A DNA stretch of 63,358 nucleotides, the filler included. It is 6 parts of 6 records of this genome, joined end to end, with 100 filler letters (N's around TTAATTAATTAA, not from the genome) between each part and the next. Parts side by side here need not be neighbours in the genome. Positions count along the whole stretch, not along the records: positions 9,172 to 16,431 come from SRR15195285_3013; positions 16,532 to 31,699 come from SRR15195285_3014; 4 more parts are not named here. One strand, 5' to 3'. Below, in pieces: positions 11,111 through 23,436 of this stretch. A model generated the notes under the pieces. That model had not been told where the DNA came from and ran no database searches. It worked only from the letters and a program-made list of their open reading frames with translations. The position numbers and the translations under genes are program-made. How positions within the stretch are numbered: position 1 is the stretch's first letter; every line of letters begins with the position of its first letter.

Positions 11111-11870
11111 TGTGAGCGTTCCCTGGTGCGTCCGCCGCGCGCGCCGCTACGCTGCTAGCTGCGTATCGATGCCTCCGCCGGCGATCCGATCCCTGGCGGC
11201 GGCGCGGCGGCCGGCGGCCGGCGCGAGTGCATCGCGCGATATGCATGGCGTGCGTGCGCGCGCGCGCGCCGCCGCCGCCAACGCCGGCGTGGCAGCCGTG
11301 TCACCATGCACCGAGGATCACGCACATGGCGCGCGGTCTGCGGCGGCTAGCTAGCTACCTAGACGACGCTGCCCATATTTGCATTCATAGTTCCTAGCCG
11401 CGCTTGGTGACAACTTCAACAACGGTTGGAAGTTGTCACAAAGCGCTAGCTGAGCCAGCGGGCTGCCATCGAGGGGCTCTACCTAGGCGCGCGGAGCGAG
11501 GCATCGAGCGCATGCTTCTCGTATGTGGCAAAGGATTGTGGCGGCGGTGTCTCGACTGTTGGGCTGCTAGCGAGCTTGCCACAGGCGAGGCGAGAGACAA
11601 ATTGGAGATCGTTGCGTGCCGTAATTTTATCCACTGTTTGCCACCAGAACTTCGTGGCTTAGTACCAACAAGACGATCATCAGGTCGCCACCCATCGCGC
11701 GTCGAGTGCGCCCCGTCCTCATGCGACACCGCAGAATGAACGCAACCGTACTAATTACCCGCCCAGCCGAGACAACTGAAGCACACGCTTCGAGTCGCAT
11801 CTCTTGAGCAGTCAGTTCGTTCGTTTGCCTGCTCTTGGCGCCATTAGCCTCCGGGCAGCCATTGCACCGC

Positions 11871-14800
11871 TTAGGAGTGCGCGATGATGTGTGCGGTCCA
11901 ATTGATCTTCGTCATCAGCGTGCCAAGCGATTGCTTGATCAGCTTCTTGAACGTCTGCACGGTGCAACAGCAAAAGCAGGCAAGATCAGCCACTGGGATG
12001 TTGAGCCACCCGTCTGCAGCTGCGTCGTGCCACAAGCAGAAGCCAATCACTACGCGTAGCACAAGGGCGGGACAGAAGCATCTAAGCTGGGAGCAGGGAG
12101 CAATACCGCAGCTGCTTCTGCATCCGTCTGGTCGAGGACGAAGACACGCTCCATGTAGCCCAGATCAGCCTGGGTTTGCAGCTCTTCCAACTGCAGCGGG
12201 AACATCTGCGGAGAAGAGGCATCCACGCAATGTCATAAGAAAACAGGCTCCGCAAGAGTAGTCGGTCAGCGCTGGAGTGAGAATTTAAATCCTCCACTGC
12301 ACCACTGGCTAAGATATGCGTGGCTGAGGTACGCGAGTGGGAGCGGATCTCACAAGCGACATCATGTTGATGAAAAGGTTAGCGTTTTTGCGGATGACAT
12401 TGAAAAGGTCGCAGCAGAGTGATCTGAAGCGTTTGAAGTTCTGTGACTTGGAGCCCTCTTTTCCACCCATGATCACCAGGAAGTCATCGGTTAAGATAAA
12501 TGGCGACTTGTCCCTATTGAAGCCCATCGCCGTTTTCACATGCCCTAAAAAGTGACCGAAGTCGATGTGCACCAGAAGCCCTGACAATTCGGAACGACAT
12601 CACAATCGCAAAACCCACAGGATTTGACACAACACATGTTCAGCCTGATATAGCGACGAATAAGCGTGGACGCGTGCGCACCGGATTCCGCAAGCAAAAT
12701 GTTGTCATTGTGACGGTCCGCGATGCCCAGGACATAGGTCGCGACGCAGTAGCCGGCGCAAGAAAGCAGAAAGTTCTCGACACACTTTTCGTACGACTCT
12801 GGGGTGGTGTGATGTTGCTGCAACCACTCCGCTAAGATCCTGTTGTTCCAGACACCGCCAGCTCCAGCTTTGTCTTTCGTTATGTTGGAGAGTGTGTTCG
12901 TCTTGGCGACTACTTCCAGCATCCCCACCTCGTAGGCTAGCGTGACGCACCCGTAAGGCACCATGGGAATGACCATGTCCTGCTCCTCCCACTTCTCCAT
13001 CATAATCTTGAACATCTGGAGGCAGAGCTGGTCCTGTCTCACGTCGTCACCGTCCTTGAAAATTACCATCAACGGATCGCCTGAAGGGTCCGAGTTCTTG
13101 CAGGTGAGCCAGATTGGTTTCTTAGCGCTGTCCATATAGCGACATTTCTCAATCAGAATCCCATTCACTCGGAACGCAGAGTTGACTGGCAGCCGCACAC
13201 CACCTTTGGGGAAAATCATCTGCCGCAGGTCGTTGCGCAGCACTGACAAGCGCTCGGAGTCGACAGTGTCCTTCACGTGGCGACCGACCTTGCGCAGTTG
13301 CTGTACAAGATCCTCCTGCTTGATCAGATCGGCGCGGTGGCTGCCACAGCTGTCGACATAGCGTCGCAAGAACAGGCCGAACAGAGTGAAGTAGCGATTC
13401 ACTTCGTTGATGTCGATCTCAGTGTGCGTGTGCTGACCCGGCGGCGGACACGCGGCCATCTCAGCGCGCAAGCCCCAGTATAGCAGCTGGCCGATCTGGT
13501 ATGGGTTGCGGAGGGAGCGATACATCAAGTAGCGTGCAAGCGCAGAGTCCTGCAGCGTTTCGGTCTTCATGAGCTGCACGAGCTGCGGCATGTAGTCAAC
13601 AAGCATGGAGTCGGAGATCGGAACTAGACAGCGCACTGCATACTCGCGAAAGGGTCGAAAGGTCTTGATGGGGTTCTTGCACTTTTTTTCCTTTTTCGTG
13701 CCCTTCATGAGCACTGATTCCCAGAAGAGCGAGTCGAGCAGCTGAAGCGCCTCACCCGGGCCTAGCATGCACCAGCGCTCCGGATTGCGAGGGTCTATTA
13801 GTGAGTACGCCTGATCGACGACCTCGAGGTCGGTCCAGGACGGTACGGAGGAGATAACTTTCGCGAGCATGCGGGGCTTGTTTCGAAAGAAGATCTCGTC
13901 GCGATGCTGCCACAAAAGCTTTTTCTCCTCGGGGGTTAGGTTGGTCAGCGGATTACGGTCCAGCTCCTCCAGGTGCGCGGGGGTCGACCCCGCAGCCTCG
14001 AGATCGGCAGCCAACTGCTGCTCCTCATCTTCCTCGTCCTCATCCTCGTCGCGGTCTGCCTCCTCGATGTCGGCCACGTACTGTGGGCTGCACCACGCAA
14101 CCTCTCGCATCACTAGCTTTAGCTCCTGCGGAACAGGAGGCGGCGCCACCAACGCCACTTCGCGTGTCTCCTCAAATAGCTGCGAGAAGTCGAGAGTGAA
14201 CTTCACCACTTCTCGCGCCCGGATGGCGTGACGCACGAAGTTGTAGTCGGAAACCTTGTCATCATCGTACAGGTACTCCGCTAGCCCGAAGCGCTTCAAG
14301 ACCACACCGGCGCGCTTTCTCTCGTTCAACACCTTGCCCCATCGGCCGCCTTCGTAGTCCGAGATGAAGGTGTCGAGAACCTCGCGCACTGTCATGTCGA
14401 CGCCACAGACCATACTATGCGACTCAAACCGACTTGCACTGACAGGGTATACCAAAATATTGAACTCAGTGATATCGCCAATCTTGCACGGCATGTCGAT
14501 GCTCGCCAAAAGGGTGCGGCGCATCAGCATCGCGCGCTTGCTGCTGCTGCTATCCACTTCGACCAAGTGCCGCACTCCCGACATGACTTTCCGCAATCTC
14601 TTCAGCTGAGTCGAGTTACCCAGATGCGCGAATGCACCGTGCGCCCCACCTGCATCCCTCGCATCGGCCGCAATTTCATGTCCTGAAGTTACGATTGTCT
14701 CAAGCATGGCCTTTTTGTGGAAAGCGGTTTGAGTTTCCTGTAGCGCGAGACGCGGAGTCTTCTGATTCTGGAAGCAGTAGAAAATGAACGGCACTTCGCG

Positions 14801-16361
14801 CAACACAGACGACGACTCCAACGCAACCTCTTCGTCCCAGTGACCGAGCTGTGCCACCACCGTCAACTGGTGGGCTGCCGCCATGGCCTCCATCTCTTCC
14901 GCCTTCGGCAGCTTCGCTTTCGGGCCGTCCTTCTGCCTGACAGTGTCGACCAGCAGCTTTTTCTTGAGGTCTTGCACAGTCATATCCAGGGGAATGTCGT
15001 CCGAGACAACCAGTGGGGAGAACGGTAGGTAGAACTGGATTTGCATCACAGCAGAGGTGCCATCCGCAGCGATGGTCGGGTCCTTGTTCTTGTTGTTCAT
15101 GAAAGCAATCTCGCGCAGGATACGGTTGCGCGGGCCCACTGCCGTGATGCCCATATCTACCAGGTTCTTTTCCGTCAGGTGCGGTATGTCTTCCATCTCC
15201 ATCTCGTGCGTGACCTCCATCAGCTTACCGTACTCTTGACTCTTCGCGATCCCCAGCGAGCTGAGCCACTGGCCGATGGGGGAGAACTCGTCCTCGTATG
15301 CCGCTGTCATGTGGGCATCCCTCGCCGTGTTCTCCACGCGAAACGAGGCCTTCTCCGCCTCGTCCTCCTCGTCCTCACCCTCGCGCTGGAAGAACAGAAT
15401 GTAGTGGATATCCTCGTCTACTAGCGGCGCCTGTTCAAGGTGCGTCGAGAGCAGCTGGTGCACCATGGTTACTGCATCGTCCTTCGTCGCAGCGGCTGCG
15501 GCCACCTCCTGCTCCAGTATCTGCATCCACTTGAGCTGAACCTCGACGTCATCCACTCGGAAGCGGCTCGGCTTGCTGAAGAGCAGGAACTGAAACTCAA
15601 GCCTCGCGTCCACCGACAGGGCCGACGCGCCGTCGTCGAAGCCTTCCTGCAGCTCCGTGACGTGGGCCATCGGGTACTCCTTCGACTCCACGGCCGCGAT
15701 CTCTGCCTCTATGTCACCAGGCGCGCCCGTGCCGTCGCTCTGGCTCGCCTCCCCGGTAGTGAGCTCGCTCAGCTGGTCGAACTCGACCCACTTCTTCATG
15801 GTCGAGCCTTCCATCTGCACCTGGGCGCGTCCGTCCAGTACCTTCATCACGACGAAGGGCTTCGCCTTCCCGTCCATGCGTACCTTCATGCCAGGCTCGA
15901 TCGCGGACGCCTGCACCGTTGCTCGAGCCGCGCCGCCCCCACTGGGCGGGAAGTCGAACGCCGCGATCGCGAGCGGTGCCGGGCAGAGGACCAGCGCGCC
16001 ATCCCGGAGGTAGGCGAACGAGCGCGACTGCTCCCCCTCCTCGATGCACTGCACGACGCTGCCGTAGATGTACTGCGACTTGCCGACGTTCTTCACGAGC
16101 TTTGTCAGGTGTGCGAGCCAGATCTGGCGCAGCTCGGGCGTCTGCGCGCGCAGCCGGAACACGTGGTCGTGATGCTGGAACTGCAGCTCGCGCTTCGGGT
16201 CCTGCACGAGGGCCTGGTGGTCGATCTCGTCCGCCAGCCCGTTGATCCACGTGATGGGCACCCCCTCCTGCGGCGAGCCTGCGGTTGGCTCCTCGCGGTA
16301 GTACTTGAGCAGCCCCGCGGTGATCTTGAAGTAGCGCGGCTTGAAGCCATTCCCGCAGAAC
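11871..16361 (-). CDS. Class I-like phosphoinositide 3-kinase with PH, SAM, ABD-like, RBD-like, helical and kinase domains; 5'-partial; exons 16361-12682, 12580-12354, 12205-12107, 11954-11871
   Basis: Kinase motifs MDSAKKP, IFKDGDDVRQD, SCAGYCVATYVLGIADRHNDN. Three GT-AG introns (12581-12681, 12206-12353, 11955-12106) splice to give LVHIDFGHFLG...PFILT...NLFINMMSLM and the C-terminus TKINWTAHIIAHS*. A splice acceptor at 16362 implies missing upstream exons. Confidence 0.93.
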
Positions 16362-16405
16362 CTGCCCCCCACAGCCAACAAAACAGAGGTCTGCGCGTCA
16401 GCGAA

Positions 16406-16431
16406 CAGCAGCAGCAGCAGCAGCAGCAGCA
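16406..16431 (+). repeat. (CAG)n microsatellite at contig end, intronic to the PI3K gene
   Basis: About 8 CAG units running directly into the spacer. Confidence 0.9.
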
Positions 16432-16531
16432 NNNNNNNNNNNNNNNNNNNNNNNNNNNNNNNNNNNNNNNNNNNNTTAATTAATTAANNNNNNNNNNNNN
16501 NNNNNNNNNNNNNNNNNNNNNNNNNNNNNNN
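16432..16531. other. Artificial contig-joining spacer
   Basis: N44-TTAATTAATTAA-N44. Confidence 0.99.
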
Positions 16532-16652
16532 CCCCAGGACCGATCAAATCACATTGTACTTCCCCGCTACATGGGCGCCGCGCGGGACGACCCGGCGCGC
16601 GGTGGACTCTGAGATCGCGCGATCGATCGCCCCGCCGCGGACGACGTGCGGG

Positions 16653-19600
16653 ATGAGTCCGCGGCTGGCGTGCACTGCCGGGCTGCTGCTGGTGGTGGTC
16701 ACGACGGTGGGAGGCGTGTCGCCAGCGGCCTCCGGCGCCTCGCCGTCGCGCGCGCGACCACCCGCGACCCGCGACCAGCCGGTCGTTGCCGCCGGGTCGG
16801 CGCCACTCTACCTTGACGGCTCTGATTGGACACTCACCGGCGCTGGCAGGGCGTGGACGTCTGGCGAGTGCAACTTCGTCGAGCACCGCGACTTTAACCC
16901 GCAGGGTGCCTCGGCCCAAGTTGTGATCGCCTCGTCCCACTATTACATGGATCGAGCGGCATGCTGCCGGAGCTGCGGAGCGACCGATGGCTGTGCCGCT
17001 GCAGTTTTTCGCAACCCGACTCCGTGCAGCCCATATGCGAACTTGTGCCGAGGCCACTGCACGTTTCGCACTGCGGAGGATTTACTGAGCCCCACGAACA
17101 ACAGTACTGAGAACGTCACAGCATGCATCCCGATTGGCCTGCAACCCACGCCAACAATCACCATCAACGCCACAGTCCCAGGCGACCTAGTGACCGACCT
17201 GCAGCGCGCTGGTGTGATTGCGGATCCGCTGACAGATGCCAACTTCAAAAACACGACTTGGTGGAACGGGCGACGATGGAGCTACAGCAAGAGCTTCACT
17301 TGGCCGCCGGAGATTAGCGCGGACCACGGTGCTGGCGATGAAGGTGAGGTGCTGCTGGTCATGGAAGGCATCAAGATGGGCGCCAACGTGTCGCTCAATG
17401 GCCAGTACCTGGGAACAGTGACGGATCAGTTCGTGCGCCAGGTCTGGCCGGTTGGTAAAGTCCTCGCCCAGAGTGACCTCGGTGGTGATAACAACAGCAA
17501 TATCCAGCACACGATTGACGTCATGTTCGACCGTGAGATTGCGACAAACGCGCGGTTCATGGCCTGCTCAGGGGGATGGGACTGGGCCCCTTACTCTGAT
17601 CTGCGATCGGGTGAAGGACACCAGATGTTCTCACGCGGTGTTTGGAAGTCGGTCTATTTACTCAAGGTCCCTGTGGGCACGCCCGCCGTCCTCTATTCCA
17701 CGCCTACCACCACCTTTCATGGTGCTTGGCCAGTGAAACCACTCCCGGATCCGTTGCCAGACGGAGATGCGTACTTCACCGTTAACACGACGGCTCACTT
17801 TTGGTCGGCTGCGCCGATGCGTGGTACGTTGACGGTGATGGGGGAGTGGGGGGCAAGCGCAAAATCTCACTGCATACTTCCAGCTGGTACTGGGGTGTGC
17901 ATTGTACCAACACTGCAGGCAAAAGGGGTGGAGCTCTGGTGGCCAAACGGTCTCGGCAACCAGCGACTGTACAACGTCACCGCTACCTTTGTCCCGGATG
18001 CCACAGCAGTTGCACTAGGAGCCAGCACCACCAGGGCTGAGGCTATAGTCGTGCGTCGCATCGGCTTCAGGTTTGCTCCACTAGTGACCATAAACGACAC
18101 ATCAGCAGAAGCAGTCGCTGCTGCGGAGAACATGACTGGCACAGGCAACCATACTGTGATGCTGCGCGTGAATGGCGCCGCCGTTTTCGCCAAAGGTGCG
18201 AACATGGTACCAATGGAGGTTCTTGAAGGTCGCTACGTGCCTGGCCAGCACCGAAACCTCGTGGCGTCTGCTGCCGCTGCAGGTTTCAACACCCTGAGAG
18301 TCTGGGGTGGTGGCATCTGTAAGTTATTCAGGCACGTACACGTATTTATGGTGCAAAAGTGCCGACTCTGACAAACATTCGTCTGCTGTGTATCTGTCTA
18401 CGTGTACCTGTGCATTTGTGTAGACCCAGTCGACGAGTGGTTTGACGCGTGCGACGAGCTCGGCATTCTTGGTATAATTGATATGATGTATAGCACTGAC
18501 GGTATCTTTCCAGGTGCCGAGGATACGCCAACACAAGAGGCAGAAATACGCCACCAGATACGACGCATGGGTCATCATCCAGCGATCGTAGTGTGGTCCG
18601 GCTGCAACGAGTGTGCGGGCAACGGGGGAATTGGCCATTTGATCGACGTACTCGCTGAGGAGGATCAATCTAGAGCTGTGCGCGCTGCGTCACCTTCCAT
18701 TGGCTTCGGTGCTGGCGTGTCGACTCTGACAGATTTTCCCTCTGGAGGCGAGCTGATGAAGCGGCACAGCGGGCCACCGAACCCTGTCGGCGAACGCCAT
18801 GGCCCGTATAACAAAGGTGTCGATGGCTGGGCATCTGTTAATGGTGCTGGGCAGCCGCCGAAGCCACCAAATCCTAGCATAAACGCATCGGCGACGACTT
18901 TGGCGCAGATCGAGCCAGCATATGCAACTGGTGCGGTCGTGCCTGGATACTTTGTGTCTGAGACAGGCGCAACAACCATGAGCAGCTTCGAGTCGATGAG
19001 CGCGACTCTGAGTGAAGATAACTGGGGGCTGCATTCACCACCGATGTTCGAGCGCAATTATGCTTGTGACCGCTGGATCTACTCATTCTTCCGGCTGATT
19101 AATCTGAATGAAACTGGCGCCCCAGCAATGCAGCGCCAGATCTACTTCTGTCTCTTCGGCCAGGCACTGTATATGAAGCAGCAGATCGAAGGGTGGCGCT
19201 CTGGAAACATTTGGGGCTTATTGATTTGGCAATACAATGAAGTTTGGCCGACTGGTGGATGGGTAAGCTTAGTCTCAACCCCTGATCAGAGCACGAGGCA
19301 CACATTTGTCTGGATCTCGAGGGTCGAAATGACCTCAATCGTGTTTTCAGGGAACGATCGAGTACGGTACGCCTGTTGCGGGCCAAGTCAGTGGTGGGAG
19401 ATGGAAGCCCTTACAGCATTTCCTTGCGGACAGTGCGTTCGCAGACGTGGTTGCTTCCTGTGGGACATCACAGAGCTTCCACCAGCTCGGGCTCATTTGC
19501 TATGCTCGGTGCGGAAAATCAGTCCGTCTTCCTTGCATTTGATTTCTAATTTGACGGAGAGGTGCCGTTTGATACAGGAACGATCTGCCGACCAACCAGT

Positions 19601-20586
19601 CAGTGCATGTGATCGTGGAACTCCTACATTTTCAAACGGGGCACACGGACACAGTCTCAACGGTCGCTATTGACCTGCCTGCAGGCGGTGGCACTACTGT
19701 GTTCTTTTGCCCAGAAGGTCAGGCTATCTTACCAACAGCAGCATCACTGACAGGAACACCGATGCCTAAGGCCGTGTCTGTCGCTACGGCATGCAAACCC
19801 TTCAAAGAGATACTAAACGCCACCGGCTGCACCACACAGAGCTGCATCCTGAACGTAACTGTACAGGCCACACCATTCGTGCCACTTCCACCCCCCCCAT
19901 TCCCCCCCCCACCGCCCCCACCACCGCCACCTACCCCACCAGCTCCTCCTCACCCCCCACCACCTGCTCCGCCACCTTCGAGAGACTGCACGTTCACTGA
20001 AAACACCGACTTTCGGGACGGAGGGATTGGAGGCGGTGTTCAGTCTACTAGCCAAGCGGCCTGCTGTGCTCTCTGCAGAGCTCACCATAACTGTGGGGCT
20101 GGCGTCTGGCTGATGAACGGAAAAGAACCCCAGTGCTACCTGAAATCGGGCGCGTCACAGCCATATACTCGCCCTGGACGCTATGCGTGCGTGCCGAAGA
20201 AAGACGAGACGACACACCAGAACGAGGATCTTGCGATGGTGATGATGACCACTGGCGACGGGCATCTAGATCACACACACCAGCACCAGCAGCGCGTGTT
20301 CGCACGGAATCTACTGCCACTCGTAGCTCCCGGGCAGTTCGAGCTGCCCATAACAACGGTGACGGCGGATGTCAATGACGACGGGAGCATCACGCTGACT
20401 GCCTCGGCGACCGCGGTCTACGTGTGGCTCTCTACTCTCGCGCAGGGCAGGTTTGATGATAACGGACTGATACTATTGCCAGGGGAGAGGATAGTGCGCT
20501 TTGTGCCATTTGGCGAACTGGATGTGAAGCTACTCCGCTCGTCCTTGCGAGTGGAGCATTTGCAGCAGCACCTCTCGGCTGTGTAG
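16653..20586 (+). CDS. Secreted GH2 beta-mannosidase-like enzyme with two Apple/PAN domains; exons 16653-18318, 18424-19262, 19351-19508, 19578-20586
   Basis: Signal peptide; motifs TVPGDL.TDL, GWDWAP, LWWPNGLG, FAKGAN. The spliced product gives [28 protein letters not shown] (acid/base), FVSETG (nucleophile), WQYNEVWPTGGWGTIEYG and GGRWKPL. All three introns are GT-AG and frame-consistent. Confidence 0.9.
19888..19977 (+). repeat. Poly-proline linker-coding C-rich low-complexity tract
   Basis: Encodes PPPPFPPPPPPPPPPTPPAPPHPPPPAPPP just before the second Apple domain. Confidence 0.85.
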
Positions 20587-20966
20587 ATTTCGAGTCAGAA
20601 GAACGCCTTCGTTTGCTTTCCTTTTGTCACGAGACAGTCTTGGGCGCGTGCGTGTGCGCTAGGAACCTTGCACTGTACTCTTACGTGTTGTCACCTCATT
20701 GCAGCTTGCCAGTCGCGCTGGCTTTTCGTTAGCTACGCATAATTACGGTCGCCCTGGTTGGTCAATCGCGCGTGCTGTTCGTTTAGCCAGACACATGGAC
20801 CCATCGACCACCCCGTGCGGACGCCGTCTCTTTCGCCGATGCGTCACCGTTGCCTCCGCCACCGCCATCGACACCGTGGGTCGCTCCTTGGACTATCGGT
20901 GGAAGTATCCTCGCTGTATCTGCTCTTGTTAGAGCCGTGCGGGCAGCTTCCTGTACAGCGCCTCAG

Positions 20967-23436
20967 TCAGCACGCGCAAATGCCAAAGAGCGTGTGCAAA
21001 AACTCCGAGATGTAGTAACCGGCTGTCAACTCGTGAGCCCCATCCTCGGGTTCCCAATACACGCAATGCCGTATGTCAACATCAGTCACAGTCTGTGACT
21101 TTCGCAGTCGTTGTGCACAGTTCTGGATGTAGGTGACGTGCGGATCGAACTGTTCATCCACTGACGCACACAGCTTGTGGTACAGCTTTTTATCCCTGCG
21201 CGAGAAGTCGCCGTCGAGGATGGTGGCGAGCACAAAGACCTGTAAGCACTGACCTTGCTGCCTGGAAGTCAGCTCGCCCATATTTTCGAGGTAGTCGTGT
21301 TCCGAGTCGACGTAACCGATGGTGTTGTCGACCTCTGCTGACATGCGCAAGGTATGCACAGCGTGCTTCAATAGCACCTCCTGTGTGGGATACAGGCCGT
21401 TTCGCTTGACAATAACCACAGCGACAGAACGCAGTAGCTGCAGCTTGAATAACGCCGAGAGCTCTTCCGTTGGCGTTTCAACAGAACGACTTGCCGACTC
21501 GTTCAGGATGGAATCAAAGAGCTCCACAGCAGTTGCGATCCCGATTGACCGTAGCTCTGCTTGCTTCATCACGCCATGACTAATTAGGGCGTTCCATAGC
21601 ATCGTGGCTGGAACCGCCATGTAAGGAACCGCGTACTTGGCTGCGTCACGTGACACCAAGCGCTTGAGCGCAATCTTGAGCAAGAAGCTCGTCAATGCGA
21701 TTTTGGCTTTGTACAGCACAACGAAGAGGATAACCAGGCACTTGCCGTGCTGTCTACTGTCTTTGAGTGGATCAACCCCATGCACCACGTTGTTGTGGTG
21801 GGCCATCTCGAGCGCTGCCTGCACCAGGAACTGCGCAATATGTGTGCGGTCTCGATTGAGAGGCGTCAGCCGAAGGCCAGCTGCATGCGCAGTCTGCATC
21901 ACATGCCTGAGCGCGTAAAGATACAGCGTGGAGATTTCGATGACGCTGCATATCAGCAGTGTACAAAAAACTATGAGAGCGAAGCCCTTGATCTCCGTTG
22001 GCGATGACGGCTCTCCAGTGTCAGGGTTTTCTATACCATTCGTGTTCAAAAGGTATGTTGCCACGTTCTCTGATAGAGCTGTGCATAGACTAGAACAGAA
22101 CCCAAAAAGGCACCCGTAGGAGACCATATGCCGATGGTTCGTCCTCAACTCCCGCCGCTGATGATCGCTGAACAAGTGTACTTTGCCCTCTGTAAGTCGA
22201 GCATACAATGTTGCGCTGCTTGCAGTGATTGCAGCAGATTTACCGTCCGGTTGCTCGTGTTCCCTGCGGGCATTTTTCTCAGCTGCGCGCCGCTCTTTTC
22301 GCTTCAGGATGTTCACTCCGAACCGCTCGGCAGAGCTTAGTGATGCCATCATCATCTTTTCTTCCTTTCGATCCACTGGAACGTCCAACCTGTTGAGAGC
22401 ATGACACTACTCAGATGCGTACAACGCACAGTCCGATATCGCAACAGCACAGGCAGGTCGAGATAGGCAGGGGAAGGGGGAGGACAAAAACCGCTCACGA
22501 TACTGTCATCAGCTGGTTCGGGGTCAGGAATTCCAACTTGGCACCAAATACTGGATGGAGCCCAGCTCTTGCCATCCCGTTCAGGTAGTCAAGATACGTC
22601 AGGCCCGTTGCACCTTCAGCATGACTGAACAGGGCCCAGAACGCTGCGAATTCATCTGAGCTCATGTGGCCTAGCAAGGTGCTTGCAACGTCACGCATCT
22701 CTTGCATCGTCAGTTCGCCATCTCCATCGACATCGGCTGTGTTCCACACGTATTTGAGCAGTCGCAGTTTACGTACATGGTCCCTCCAGTCCTCGTAATC
22801 CTCTGGGACGAACGCCCCCGCTCTGCCACTCACGATTAGGTACACAAACATGTGGTAGTCAAGTTCATCTGCGGAATTGGATATGGTCACGTCTGCGGCC
22901 TTGCGAACTGAGTTTCTCGTCACGGCTTTCACTCCTTTCTTCAACGCGCCCACAGCCATCGCCCCAGCTGCCTTCCGCTTGACGGCGGCCTTGATCAGAC
23001 CATCGAGGTGCTTGTCGGCAGGGGAAGCGGAGGTTTCGCGGCGCTCGAGCTCTTCCCACTCCTTCGTGATGAGGGTCTCCATGTTCTCGAGGTCGAGTGT
23101 TTGAGCACATTTGGTGCCACCGAGCACACGGATCATTGCCAGAAGCTCCTCAGCATCCAGGAACCCGTTCCCGTCCACGTCGGCAGAATCGAACGCAAAC
23201 ATGAGTTCTTGCAGCATGCCGTCATTGAGCTGAAGATCCTTGTCAACCGTGTTGCTTCCGCCAATCTCGGTCTCAAAACTCGGAGCGTTGCCACCGTCGA
23301 CCTCGTTCTCAAAGGCCCCAGCAGCGGCAATCCTAGGGGAACCAGCACCATTCGCCACAGGATTCTTGAATTCGGCCTGTCCCAGTTCCAAGTCTTCGCT
23401 GGGTTGCCGGTCCGTATCCGCAAGCATGCTGGGCAT
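20967..23436 (-). CDS. EF-hand protein fused to a membrane domain resembling the bacterial LBF_2804 family; exons about 23436-22499 and 22389-20967
   Basis: Canonical EF loops DVDGNGFLDAEE and DVDGDGELTMQE. The intron GTGAGC...AACAG (22390-22498) joins the two ORFs in frame. The C-terminal half has QAALE...GVDP, LYKAKIALTSFLLK..LKRL, AVPATMLWNA, which I recall from LBF_2804-like proteins. Start codon uncertain. Confidence 0.7.

Noticed and set aside
10370-11158. 262-aa plus-strand ORF
   Set aside because: Antisense to the GH32 gene; no recognisable features.
12545-12681. Apparent truncation/frameshift of PI3K (likewise GH2, GH32, PARP, TIR receptor) suggesting pseudogenes
   Set aside because: Each break is explained by a GT-AG intron whose removal restores the frame and conserved motifs.
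15440-16483. 347-aa plus-strand ORF
   Set aside because: Antisense shadow of the GC3-rich PI3K exon; it runs into the spacer and has no motifs.
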